From positions 672,001 to 736,000 of the forward strand of contig CAWKFG010000004.1 in the NCBI GenBank assembly GCA_963848965.1: DNA of 64,000 nucleotides, read 5' to 3'. The position numbers and the translations under genes are program-made. Of the stretch, positions 21,687-31,989 are shown one piece after another. The stretch comes from an uncultured bacterium. Its GTDB lineage: Bacteria; Babelota; Babeliae; Babelales; Babelaceae. The notes under the pieces were generated by a model that was given only the letters and a program-made list of their open reading frames with translations, searched no databases and was not told where the DNA came from. Each line of letters begins with the position of its first letter. The first letter of the stretch is position 1.

Positions 21687-24600
21687 TTACTTAAAAATAG
21701 CAGGTTGTTCCTTAAGGTAAAAAAGGATCCGAATTACAACATCACTATACCCTTGCACTGCTGCTATTTTAAGAGCAAGTGCAGCTTTAGTTTCACTTGT
21801 AGCAAGCTTTGCATTAAGCTTAAAGAGCTCATTGACAAGATTAAGGTTCCCTTTAATAATTGCATAGAATAATGCTGTATTACCCTGGCTATCCGTAAGA
21901 TTTATACCTAAACAGTCAAGAGCTTTCTTCAACGCTTCAGGATTATCCTTATATACCTCGTTTATACGTTCTACCTCTTGTGTATACCACTTAAGTAATG
22001 TTTGAACACATTCAGTATGACCATACAAAATGGCATAATGTAAAGCAGTACGGCCATAGACATCTTGAGCATTTATAAACCAGCGCGGCATTTCACTTTC
22101 TATAAACTGTTGCACAATATGAGCATGACCAAACATACATGCCCATATAAGAGGTGTTTGTAAAAGCCCATTACGTGTACATTTTCCTTGCTCTTTATAC
22201 ACTTTTATATACTCAGTGCAATAAGCATCCTTATTTTCAAAATAGTCCTTCTTAACATAACCTGGGAAGGATTTTTTTACTATTCTCAAAAGCAGTGCTA
22301 TCTCTTCAAGTTTCAGCCTTTTAAGGGCTTCTTTATAGTCAGAGCCATTAATTCTTGATTCTTCAAGATAAGAATCTAACCGCGAGTGAATTTTATTTTG
22401 TATATCAGCATCATTATTTATGAGGTCAGGCACATTAGGGCTTGCTCCTATAAGGATTGCAAATGATTCGAGCCCCAGTACTGCTACAGCACGAGTTAAA
22501 CTTGATATATTATGAGCATTTCTTTTATTTACATGAGCACCATGAGAAAGTAAAAGTTTTACCATCTCCGTATCGTTGTTAGTTGTAGCAACCATAAGAG
22601 GAGTATCTCCATAGGCCACATTGACATCTGCTCCTAGTTCTATAAGCTGTTTTACCAATTCTTTCTTTTGTCCCCCTACTGCTGTAGTTAAAGCAATAGC
22701 ACAAGCATGTGCCTTATTTGGATGAGCATTTATAAGCAAAGATACAATTTCACTATGTCCTTCATAGCTCGCACTATCTAATGCAGGCTTAAGAATTACT
22801 GTAGGAAGTCTGTCAGGAAAAGCAAGTAGAAGTTTTACTAAAGCTGTATGTGCCTTTTGTGTAGCAATCGAAAGGGCAGTATTACCAGCTAGATTTCTTA
22901 TAGCAATTTGAGCACCCTCTCTAAGCAATAGCTCTACTACTTCATTATGCTCATTAGTAACTGCATGCATTAAAGCTGTTTTTCCTTGTCTATCTTGAAC
23001 GTTCTTGTCTACTCCTTGAGCAAGTAATTCTTTTACTTCAGAAAGATTTCCTTGAACACTTGCTTCAAGAAATGCTTGTTGCATTTGGTACTTTTCTGAA
23101 AGCGCTTCTTCAAGCATACGCACTATAGCTTCATTGCCATTCGTCTTTGCATAAGAGAGAGCATCTACTCCTTTATCATCTTTTAATGTCACATCTGCAC
23201 GTCCATCAAGAAGAACTCGAGCACAGTCATCATAGCCTCTCATAGCAGCTATTATTAATGGTGTTCTCTGATACAGAGATCGTGTATTAACATCTGCTCT
23301 TAGTTTTAAAAGACTTGTTATAATAGCAGGCTTATTGCATTCAGTAGCATAACATAGCGCTAGATTACAAGCTTGTTGCTCATCTTCACTTTTTTGTATA
23401 AGTAATCGAAGGAGAGGACCATTATCTTGCCTTACGGCTTTACTAATTGCCACAATGTTTATATGGCTTCCAGCATTAATAAGATATTTTACAAGCTCTT
23501 CATGCCCTCTTTCTACGGCAAAGCTTAAAGCAGTCATACTATCTTTAGATTGTCCGTTAATAGACAAACCCGCTTGTGTAATAAGTAGTTCTACAAGCTC
23601 TCTATTGCCGCTTGCAGCAGCATACATAAGAGCATTTATTCCTGATGAATCTACACATTGGGCATTCACACCTTGCGTAATAAACTTCTTAACTTTTGCT
23701 ACATCACCTTGAGCAGCCGCTTGCAAGAAATGGTTTTCTAATGCTGCTCTTTTTTGAGCTACCTCTTTCCTGAGTTCAGCTTTCCTTTGCTCTATTTCTC
23801 GCACAGAAGCCATAAATTTTTCTTCATAGCCACTATTTTTTGCATAGGCAAATGCATCTAAACCTTTACCATCTTTTGCGTAAGGATTTGCACCTGCTTC
23901 TAAAAGAAAAGCCGCTACATCCCATTTTTTAGCGCCAAGAGCAAGCATAAGAGCAGTTCTTTCAGTTTTTGCTTCTTTTAGTTCTAAATGAGGAACCTGA
24001 GCGTGCAATTTCTTTACAAGCATAAGTTTACCAGTGGCTACAGCAGCAAAAAATGCTGTGCTAAGGACTGCAGGTCTTTCTCTATTTGCGTCAATAAGAA
24101 TTTGCAGGATTTCTTCATGTCCACCTTGTACTGCAGCTGAGAGAACCTTGGAGGTAATGCTTGCTCCCTTACTTATAAGAAGTTGTACAATTTCCTTCTT
24201 CCCTGCTTGTACAGCATTTTCAAGAGCTTTAGATGTGCTTTGAGCACCTTTATCCAAAAGAAGCTGTAGGACATCTTTTCTTCCTACACTAGCAGTAACT
24301 GAGAGAGCAGTTTCACCTTCTTTATTTGAAGTATTTATAGGTATACCCTTTGCAAGCAAGAATTCTACAAGGTGTATGTGTCCTTCTTGTGCAGCAAGCA
24401 TAAGAGCATTCATATGAGGCTGTACTTGTGTCTCAGATCCGATAAAGGAAGAAACCCCAGATGCCTTATCTTCTGAAAAAACAGTAAGTGGACATCCTTT
24501 TTCTAAAAAGAATTCTACGAGCTCAAGTGACCCTGCATATGTTGCAATAAGCAATGGATTATTATACGTAGATTGATAGAAATCTATCCAATATTTCCCT

Positions 24601-26945
24601 TTTTTATCATTAAGTATTTTCTTTACGAAAGCAACATTACGAGCTTTAATTGAAGCATATAAAGCACGTTCTGTAAGACCTCGCTTATACCACCTATCAG
24701 AAGTCTGCTTAATAAACAGATTCACTATCCCTGCGTGGCCATGAGCTGCAGCACTATCCACAGCATCTGCAAGAGTATCCATTGATAGCTTATTCTTATA
24801 GGCATTAAGAAGAAGTTTTACCATATTCTCATCACCTTTTGCAGCTACAAGCTTTAATGCCTTTGAAAGATTGCGTTCATGAGCATCATTTTCTAATAAG
24901 AGAGCTACTATATTAGTATGTTTGTGCTCTACAGCAAGCTCGAGTCCTGTTTTTCCTTGCTCATCTACTATCTCACTATTTATTGGATCGCCAAATAAGC
25001 GTGTTACTTCCTCTTTATTTCCTTGAGTACATGCATCTAAAAAAGTAGCATGAGCTTTTTTATCTTCAGCAGCTTTTGCTTCAAGTAGTGCTTCAATTGT
25101 CTTATTCCCTTTTTCTTTTGCCCACGTTAAAGCACTTTTGCCACGTATATCTTGAAGCAGCGTATCAGCTTTATAAGCCAATAAAAGCTTTGTTGTTTCT
25201 TCATGACCATTAATCACTGCATGAATCAAAGGAGTAAAGTTACATGATTCCCTTCCAGAGGAGTTCCAAGGCTCTGGCTTCCAGTCTCTGGCATTCACGT
25301 CAGCTCCTGCATTAAGAAGGATTTTTACAATATCTGTATGACCTTGAGCTGCAGCAAGCATAAGGCTCTTATTCAAGTAGTGTCTGTTTTCTAAGTAGTA
25401 ACTACTTTTGCCTTCAAGTAACATGGTAACTATTTCTGCACGTCCATTCTTTGTAGCAATCATTAAAGGTGTTCTATGTTGAGCATCCATTATAGTAGCG
25501 TCTGCTCCTTGTTTAAGCAGTTCTTGTACTGCAACACCATCACCCTTTGTACAGCTTTCAAAAAGCTCTTCAGTCTTTGCTCTGGCATTTTCAAGAAGAG
25601 CTAGTACCTCTTTATGGCCTTTTGCTCTTGCAAGATCAAAAACATTCTCCCAACTTGGACCTACATTCACTTTTGCTCCAGCCTGCAAAAGAAATGTTAC
25701 CATATCTGTATGTCCAGCTCTTACTGCTTCTCTTAAGGGGGAATCATCATAGCCGCTAACATGTGCGCCACGCTCTATAAGCTTTTCTGCAAGTATCTTA
25801 TTATTGACTGCAGCAGCTCCTGCAAGAGCACATGTACATGCTTGAGTTTTATTAGTAGCCTTATTCATAAGTACGTCAAGAAGCTCTTCATTTCCTAATC
25901 GAGCAACTTCTTTAATAAGCGAGCTTGAACCAAGTTGATAGAGCATACCATCAGTTATAGAGGGCATAAAAATGTCGAGAAGGCTTTTATGTCCTTGCTC
26001 AAGAGCAGTTATAAATCCATTAATAATATCTCCTGGATTTACGTTTTTTGATCTTGAAAGAATCTTTTTAACCCATTTTTCGCGGTTATACCGCGCTGCA
26101 ACAACAAGAGCAGCTTCTATTTTACCTGTTCCTTCAACACGAGCACCTGCCTCTAACAAATATTCTATAATATCATCATTTCCACGCTCAAGAGCAACAA
26201 GTAATGGAGTAAAATTACCTGTACGACGAAGGTCAGTATTTGCTCTATGTTCTAATAACAATTTGACAAGGGCTTTATGTCCATAATAAGCAGCAAGCAA
26301 TAAAGGATATACTTGACACTTTCCAAATCTTTTCATGCTTTCTGCATCAATGCTTTCAATATATGTAAGGAAAAATCCTCCTTCTAAGCAATCTACACGA
26401 GCTTTGTTGGCTATAAGGAATTCTGCTATCTCTTTATGTCCGCAAGCAGCTGCTACAACCAAAGCTTTGTCTGATGATTTTTTTGCCAAAGGACTTTTAT
26501 CATACACTAATTTTACAAGATCTAAGTCCCCAGTCTCTACAGCGTATATCAAGGCTGTATTTTTAAATTTATCAACAATATCTGCATGAGTTCCGCTGTC
26601 AAAAATACTTCTTACTTGCTCTGTATTTTTGTCTTTTATCGCTTTTATTAAAGGAGTTGTAGCAGTACCTTTAGTAGGCGATGAAGCTTTTTTAGATCTC
26701 TTTTTAGAAGGCTTTTCTATCTTTTCAACTGCATTGCTATTTTTTGATTTATCTCGGGTTCTTTTCGCACTTTGTTGTAAAGGTTTATCGTCTGAAGAAT
26801 CACCTGATCCGCTCTTTTGGTCAATTTCCATATCAGAGGCTTGATCTCTTTGCTCTTCACTTTCTTCTGAACGGCTGCGCTTCATGCAAAGTATATCCCC
26901 TACAAAGAAGCCTATAAGTAATGGTAGCAATAATAACTTTTTCAT
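21687..26945 (-). CDS. Giant exported ankyrin-repeat protein (1752 aa), tandem paralog 1
   Basis: Signal peptide + MKR; ankyrin repeats collinear with the two downstream paralogs; ends QPAIFK. Confidence 0.95.
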   Translation of the reverse strand: MKKLLLLPLLIGFFVGDILCMKRSRSEESEEQRDQASDMEIDQKSGSGDSSDDKPLQQSAKRTRDKSKNSNAVEKIEKPSKKRSKKASSPTKGTATTPLIKAIKDKNTEQVRSIFDSGTHADIVDKFKNTALIYAVETGDLDLVKLVYDKSPLAKKSSDKALVVAAACGHKEIAEFLIANKARVDCLEGGFFLTYIESIDAESMKRFGKCQVYPLLLAAYYGHKALVKLLLEHRANTDLRRTGNFTPLLVALERGNDDIIEYLLEAGARVEGTGKIEAALVVAARYNREKWVKKILSRSKNVNPGDIINGFITALEQGHKSLLDIFMPSITDGMLYQLGSSSLIKEVARLGNEELLDVLMNKATNKTQACTCALAGAAAVNNKILAEKLIERGAHVSGYDDSPLREAVRAGHTDMVTFLLQAGAKVNVGPSWENVFDLARAKGHKEVLALLENARAKTEELFESCTKGDGVAVQELLKQGADATIMDAQHRTPLMIATKNGRAEIVTMLLEGKSSYYLENRHYLNKSLMLAAAQGHTDIVKILLNAGADVNARDWKPEPWNSSGRESCNFTPLIHAVINGHEETTKLLLAYKADTLLQDIRGKSALTWAKEKGNKTIEALLEAKAAEDKKAHATFLDACTQGNKEEVTRLFGDPINSEIVDEQGKTGLELAVEHKHTNIVALLLENDAHERNLSKALKLVAAKGDENMVKLLLNAYKNKLSMDTLADAVDSAAAHGHAGIVNLFIKQTSDRWYKRGLTERALYASIKARNVAFVKKILNDKKGKYWIDFYQSTYNNPLLIATYAGSLELVEFFLEKGCPLTVFSEDKASGVSSFIGSETQVQPHMNALMLAAQEGHIHLVEFLLAKGIPINTSNKEGETALSVTASVGRKDVLQLLLDKGAQSTSKALENAVQAGKKEIVQLLISKGASITSKVLSAAVQGGHEEILQILIDANRERPAVLSTAFFAAVATGKLMLVKKLHAQVPHLELKEAKTERTALMLALGAKKWDVAAFLLEAGANPYAKDGKGLDAFAYAKNSGYEEKFMASVREIEQRKAELRKEVAQKRAALENHFLQAAAQGDVAKVKKFITQGVNAQCVDSSGINALMYAAASGNRELVELLITQAGLSINGQSKDSMTALSFAVERGHEELVKYLINAGSHINIVAISKAVRQDNGPLLRLLIQKSEDEQQACNLALCYATECNKPAIITSLLKLRADVNTRSLYQRTPLIIAAMRGYDDCARVLLDGRADVTLKDDKGVDALSYAKTNGNEAIVRMLEEALSEKYQMQQAFLEASVQGNLSEVKELLAQGVDKNVQDRQGKTALMHAVTNEHNEVVELLLREGAQIAIRNLAGNTALSIATQKAHTALVKLLLAFPDRLPTVILKPALDSASYEGHSEIVSLLINAHPNKAHACAIALTTAVGGQKKELVKQLIELGADVNVAYGDTPLMVATTNNDTEMVKLLLSHGAHVNKRNAHNISSLTRAVAVLGLESFAILIGASPNVPDLINNDADIQNKIHSRLDSYLEESRINGSDYKEALKRLKLEEIALLLRIVKKSFPGYVKKDYFENKDAYCTEYIKVYKEQGKCTRNGLLQTPLIWACMFGHAHIVQQFIESEMPRWFINAQDVYGRTALHYAILYGHTECVQTLLKWYTQEVERINEVYKDNPEALKKALDCLGINLTDSQGNTALFYAIIKGNLNLVNELFKLNAKLATSETKAALALKIAAVQGYSDVVIRILFYLKEQPAIFK

Positions 26946-27022
26946 GCATATCCTATAAAACTAATACTCATGACAACTACAGAAAAATTTCACAATAAAC
27001 AATTTGTAGCTGCTTAAATTTT

Positions 27023-27058
27023 ATTTGTCATTTTACTACAAAATGACAAATTTGCAAA
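27023..27058 (-). promoter_or_regulatory. Putative sigma70 promoter of the ankyrin cluster, overlapped by a perfect 12-bp inverted repeat
   Basis: ATTTGTCATTTT-actac-AAAATGACAAAT (27023-27051). On the minus strand TTGCAA-16 nt-TAAAAT overlaps it. Confidence 0.5.
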
Positions 27059-27131
27059 TAATATTTTAGTGCTCGCATTGCTTTAACCACATCTTCGACA
27101 AAAAAAATAGCGATTTAAAATGTTCGTAGTT

Positions 27132-28550
27132 CTAGAAGGGAAGTAGTTTTCCTATCATATGTGCAAAGCAAACAGTACCTGTTAATAAAGATGTAGTAAG
27201 AGGTGTTGCAGCAGAAGTATTAACAGTTTTATTGACAGGAGAATAGGTAAGAGCAAGAGTAGTAGCTGAAGTTGGGCGAGTAGTTACAACAGGGGTATGT
27301 GTAGATGCGTAAGAGACACAGGCAGGAGATTTGCCTACTGTATAATGGGATTTTTGTAAGCTGTGGTGTGAGTTACCAAGCAAACGAGATAGGCCGCTTA
27401 CAACGGCTCCTGATAGAAAAGGATTATCTGATTTTACTTTATGATCTTGCGAATGGGAAAAATATGAAGCACTACTCGTAGCCGCCTGAGGCGTAAAAGA
27501 GAAGAGTGTGCCTGCTTTTTTCATTGCAGAAAAGTTTTCTCCTTGTGCAGTTTGCTTTTCAAGCTCTTTTACTTTGTGGGTCATCTGCTCTAATTCTGCA
27601 GCAAGCTTTTGCTCTCGCCAGTAGGTAGTGGTGATAACATAATTATATACTATCTCAAGCGCCTTAAGTACATTTTGCGCGTCCTCTATAAGAGCTTCCT
27701 GAGCAGGCAAAAATAGCTCTCTTTGCGTATCTTGAGTAAAGGCTAAAGTAGCTGTAAGTTTCTCAATCTCTTCGTGCAAACTTTGAGCATACTGTACAAA
27801 GGGAAACTTCTCTTCTTTATAGAGAGAACCAATGTAGGTATTGAGCATATCTAAAGAAAGTTCTCTTTCTAAAGCCTGAAGCTCAAACGCATGTTTTTCT
27901 CGATAGGCAAAAGTCATTAGCACTTGTACATGAATAAAATCTCTTTGCTTGTGAATAACATGCACCCATTGTATAAATTGTTGTTGAAAGAGCTCAAGCT
28001 GTTTAAACAGTTGTTTTGCTTCTTCAAAAAGACATTTTCTTTGTTCCCATCTTTTGAGGTTCTCTTCCATTTGTTGAATATAATTGTGCACCTCACTGCT
28101 ATCTTGCTGTAACCGCTTTTCATATGCTTCTAAAGAACCATCATATGATTGTAATAGGTTAGACCAATAAATATACGGTCGTACGTCCAGGGTAAGATAT
28201 TCTTGTTCTGCTCTATAGTGTTTCTGTAATTTTTCAATAAAAGAGCTCAGCTCTAAAATATACTCTTCATCATCTTGCGCTCTTTTAATCTCATTTTTAA
28301 GCTTTTCAATTTCGTTATGTGCATAGTTCGCCTGATCGGCAAGCCGTCCTTCGAGTTCCCTTTTTTGTCCTACTCTTTGACGCCATTCTTTTAAAGCCCA
28401 GCAAGATGATAGTAGTGTAACTCCAGCAAGTAGTGGCTTAGTATAAGAACTTTTATCGATTTCAGACCAGGTAGGAACATTCCAAGCACTAAGCGGTTGT
28501 AGCACAAAAAAAGTAAGACCTGTTACTATGATTTTTTTAGATAACACCAT
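27132..28550 (-). CDS. Signal peptide + TM + coiled-coil protein with Ser/Thr-rich tail (paralog A)
   Basis: LSA/WN cleavage, TM ending WALKEW, E/K/Q-rich helices, YKEEKFPFVQY motif shared with paralogs. Confidence 0.85.
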   Translation of the reverse strand: MVLSKKIIVTGLTFFVLQPLSAWNVPTWSEIDKSSYTKPLLAGVTLLSSCWALKEWRQRVGQKRELEGRLADQANYAHNEIEKLKNEIKRAQDDEEYILELSSFIEKLQKHYRAEQEYLTLDVRPYIYWSNLLQSYDGSLEAYEKRLQQDSSEVHNYIQQMEENLKRWEQRKCLFEEAKQLFKQLELFQQQFIQWVHVIHKQRDFIHVQVLMTFAYREKHAFELQALERELSLDMLNTYIGSLYKEEKFPFVQYAQSLHEEIEKLTATLAFTQDTQRELFLPAQEALIEDAQNVLKALEIVYNYVITTTYWREQKLAAELEQMTHKVKELEKQTAQGENFSAMKKAGTLFSFTPQAATSSASYFSHSQDHKVKSDNPFLSGAVVSGLSRLLGNSHHSLQKSHYTVGKSPACVSYASTHTPVVTTRPTSATTLALTYSPVNKTVNTSAATPLTTSLLTGTVCFAHMIGKLLPF

Positions 28551-28702
28551 GAGATCCCCTTACAAAAGAGTTACGCCATCTTTTAAAGATTAAATAAATA
28601 TCAAATAAAAGCAAAAGCCCTCTAATCTGTACAATAACAAATATTGCCTTTCTATGCCTTCGTAGTCTAAAGTAGGAGAAAGTTTTACTCTGTGAGAGGA
28701 CT

Positions 28703-29746
28703 ATGATGCAGACTTCTTTTCTTATTAAAGCGAACCTTATTTTTCTCTTTATTTTCTTTTTCGTGCTTGCCCTCGTATTTGGCAAACCTCTTTTTGTGCC
28801 ACTGACTTTTGCAGCTCTTTTTGCGTTACTGATACTTCCTCTTTGCAGAAAGCTTGAAATATGGGGCCTTAAAAGAGGCTTTGCAAGCCTATTGAGTATC
28901 TTCATTCTTATTGTTCCGCTTATCATACTCATTGGGTTAGGTACCCACCAGATTACAGAGCTCACTGCTTCATTTAAGCTTTTTAAGAACCAGGCAACGA
29001 CTACATTAGATACTATTCAAAATTTTATTCAGAATTTTCTAGGAGCATCTCTACAAAAGCACATAGAGCATATAAAGTCGCAACTTTCTTCATTTATGCA
29101 TATAGCAGAAGCTTCTTTAAAGGACCTAGTTATTAATGCTTTAAAAGTGGCTGCAGTAACAATCCTTACTCTTGTCTATACGTTCTTTTTCTTATATTAC
29201 AGAGAAAAACTCAAAACATTTCTTTTGCAAATAATAAGCAGACAAGAACATAGCAATGTAAGAGCGGTAATAACTGAAATTCAAACTATGGTATCTCATT
29301 ACTTATTTGGTATTCTTACTGTAATGTTTATTCTTGCTCTTCTTAATACACTTGGACTCTCTCTTATAGGAGTTAAATATGCATTGCTGCTAGGACCCTT
29401 AGCTGCTTTTCTTAATGTTATACCTTATATTGGAACAGCTATAGGAAGTACGATACCACTTATAGTAAACTTTTTAAACGGCGGGTCATGGTATTCTACG
29501 CTTGCAATTATAGTACTTTTTACTTTGGTACAGCTTCTTGATAGCCATGTACTTACACCAACCATTATTGGACCACGGATGCAAGTCAATCCTTTAGCTG
29601 TTATTACCATAGCAGCAATAGGCGCTCTTCTATGGGGTATACCAGGAATTATTCTGTTTATACCATTACTTGGCATCATAAAAATTATATTCGAGCACAT
29701 TCCTCAATTACAACCGTATGCCTATCTTATAAGTAACAGACAATAG
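28703..29746 (+). CDS. AI-2E family transporter
   Basis: Multi-TM; PLTFAALFALLILP, LNVIPYIG, QLLDSHVLTPTIIG..MQVNP and LWGIPGIILFIP motifs. Confidence 0.93.
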   Translation: MMQTSFLIKANLIFLFIFFFVLALVFGKPLFVPLTFAALFALLILPLCRKLEIWGLKRGFASLLSIFILIVPLIILIGLGTHQITELTASFKLFKNQATTTLDTIQNFIQNFLGASLQKHIEHIKSQLSSFMHIAEASLKDLVINALKVAAVTILTLVYTFFFLYYREKLKTFLLQIISRQEHSNVRAVITEIQTMVSHYLFGILTVMFILALLNTLGLSLIGVKYALLLGPLAAFLNVIPYIGTAIGSTIPLIVNFLNGGSWYSTLAIIVLFTLVQLLDSHVLTPTIIGPRMQVNPLAVITIAAIGALLWGIPGIILFIPLLGIIKIIFEHIPQLQPYAYLISNRQ

Positions 29747-29747
29747 A

Positions 29748-30953
29748 CTATTTACGAGTATAAGAAATATAGTGCTGTGCTTGTAAAGAGTTAATATCGC
29801 GCCGCAGTGAATGAACTTTATCGCCAAGCTGTGAGCACAAAGATTGAATATCATCTTGAACTCTCGTTGATCGCTCAAGCTTGGTATTTAACGTTTGATA
29901 CTGGGACTGTAGCTTGCTTAGCTCTTTTTGGAAAGTAACCTCATTGCTTGTTACTTGCTTTTCTATCTGATCAATTTGACTACGCATATGCGTCCATTCT
30001 GAAAGAAACTCTTGTTCTTTGAAAAAAGGAGTTGCACGCACATGGCTACGTACCACTTTAAAAGCAGTATATAATGAATGAGCATACTCTATAAGGCGCT
30101 GTTGAAAACTACTTGATTGCATTTCATCTATAGAAGACAGCACTTTTTCAAGACGAGCACCTTCTCTTTCAAGCTCAGTCTCATATGCTACATAAGGAAA
30201 TTTTTCAGTCTCATACAATGCAGCTATACGATCACTAAGCAGCCCTAAAACGCTTTCATCGCCAAGAGCTTTATATTCAAATGTATAACGAGCGCTGTAT
30301 TCTGAAGTCACCAATGCTTTAAGAGCAAAAAAGCCTTTTTGCTGCTTACTTATATGAATAAGCTGACGTAAAAAGTTGCTTAAAGTTTCAAAATGCACAA
30401 TAAGCTCTTGGCCTTTTATGTGTAGGTAAAGAGATTGCTTTACTCTCCATTCGTTTATTTTTTCACTGAGCTCTTTGTGATGCTTTTCAACAACTGAAAG
30501 CTCTTTTTGTAACATCTCTTCAAAATGGTCAAAACTCGAAGCCGTTCGCTTGGCAGAGTTTTCAAAAAACTCTATAAGTAGCTGTATATCCTCATTGACC
30601 AACGTTTCTTTAGAAAGAATGTCCTCTACAGGTGCGCAGAGGTTTTGAACTTTTTCAACACATTCTGTCTTTTCAACTAAAAAGTATTCATCCTCTTGCA
30701 ATGCCTTCATCTCATCAGTAAGCTTTTTAATTTGTGTGTTAGCTTGCACTTTCTGTTGGCAAAGCTGGCCCTCAAGCTCTTTCTTTTGAGATGTACGCTG
30801 GCACCATTCTTTTATTGCCCAACCAGTTGACAAAAGAGCTGCTCCAGCTGCAAGCGATGTAGCATGTTGCATCTTAGATATATTCCATGCATGTATTTGA
30901 GTACCTAAAAAAGAGATACTGGTTGTAAGGACTATTGTTTTAGTTGAAACCAT
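29748..30953 (-). CDS. Signal peptide + TM + coiled-coil protein (paralog B)
   Basis: IHA/WN cleavage, WAIKEWCQR..QKKELEG, YETEKFPYVAY, C-terminal heptads. Confidence 0.85.
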   Translation of the reverse strand: MVSTKTIVLTTSISFLGTQIHAWNISKMQHATSLAAGAALLSTGWAIKEWCQRTSQKKELEGQLCQQKVQANTQIKKLTDEMKALQEDEYFLVEKTECVEKVQNLCAPVEDILSKETLVNEDIQLLIEFFENSAKRTASSFDHFEEMLQKELSVVEKHHKELSEKINEWRVKQSLYLHIKGQELIVHFETLSNFLRQLIHISKQQKGFFALKALVTSEYSARYTFEYKALGDESVLGLLSDRIAALYETEKFPYVAYETELEREGARLEKVLSSIDEMQSSSFQQRLIEYAHSLYTAFKVVRSHVRATPFFKEQEFLSEWTHMRSQIDQIEKQVTSNEVTFQKELSKLQSQYQTLNTKLERSTRVQDDIQSLCSQLGDKVHSLRRDINSLQAQHYISYTRK

Positions 30954-31026
30954 ACTTTGCCCCTTATAGAAACAGAACCCATTATTATTTAATAATAAAG
31001 TATTTTACAAAGAACACAAAAGCCTT

Positions 31027-31800
31027 CTAGTACTTATAATAGTATCCTGTAGGAGGCAAAGGAGTAGTTGGCCATTTATCGGCAAGAATAATTTTGCGCC
31101 TATTAAAAACTTCTAAAGTGCTTACTTTAAAAGTGGTACACAGAAAGTCTATATAACGTTTAATTTCAGAACCTTCTTGTATAGGTGAATTCATATTATC
31201 AAAAATATATAATCCTCTATGGGACCCATCTTTTTGCACAAGTGAGACTAGAATACAATGATCTTCTCCCTTTGCAAATACGTGGCATACAAAGTGAATA
31301 CAGTATAACTTCTTTCCTTCAAGCTCTTTTTTAAGTTCTGTGAGCAGCGCTTGCTCTCTTTTGGTTATCGCACGCTCAAGAAGCCGTTGTACTTCATAAT
31401 CTGGTATATCTGCACGGATAGTAATAGTTGTTGGGCTATTAAGAAGAGGTGCAATTTTACCTCCACCATTATTTAAATAGACAATGTTTTGTAATTTGCA
31501 CTGTGTTGCAAGCTTTTCTATATCCATATTTGAAATACCATCACGAGGACCCTTATGGGTTCTACGTATAAAAGCAGTACACAACTCATTAAATTGTTTA
31601 AAATTGCTATAAGAGTTTTTAAATCCTAACGTATTTTCTAGGTTACATGCGTTAAACAATGCATTATAACCGCATGACCATTCATCTATTTGATGAGCTT
31701 GCATATGATATACAGCCTTTGAAGAGATACTTGATGGTACTGGCATATATTTCGCTTGTACAGTAAAGCATGAAAGGACTAGAAGCGCCCACATAAGCAT
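31027..31800 (-). CDS. Exported papain-fold (clan CA) cysteine protease-like protein
   Basis: Signal peptide (VQA/K); HQIDEWSCGYNAL (Gln/Cys), EDHCILV (His) and LYIFDNMN (Asp) in Cys-His-Asp order. Confidence 0.6.
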   Translation of the reverse strand: MLMWALLVLSCFTVQAKYMPVPSSISSKAVYHMQAHQIDEWSCGYNALFNACNLENTLGFKNSYSNFKQFNELCTAFIRRTHKGPRDGISNMDIEKLATQCKLQNIVYLNNGGGKIAPLLNSPTTITIRADIPDYEVQRLLERAITKREQALLTELKKELEGKKLYCIHFVCHVFAKGEDHCILVSLVQKDGSHRGLYIFDNMNSPIQEGSEIKRYIDFLCTTFKVSTLEVFNRRKIILADKWPTTPLPPTGYYYKY

Positions 31801-31989
31801 AAAGACCCCTTTGTTAGAATGTGTAAGATAAGCGCCATTTAGTTTATGTGCTTTTTTAAGTTATGCAACTGGGCTCTCTACAAAGGCTTCTATTAGATAG
31901 GACACCGTGTGTATGTCATTGTAATGCATGGCATTCAATTTTGAAGGCAATGAAAGGTGCAGCTTTATAAAGCTGCACTCTTTACTATA

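Noticed and set aside
11214..22200. Near-identical ankyrin 3' ends as DGR template/variable repeats
   Set aside because: No reverse transcriptase in the window, all copies are coding gene ends, and differences look mainly synonymous rather than adenine-specific.
28537..28965. 142-aa minus-strand ORF
   Set aside because: Antisense to the well-supported AI-2E gene.
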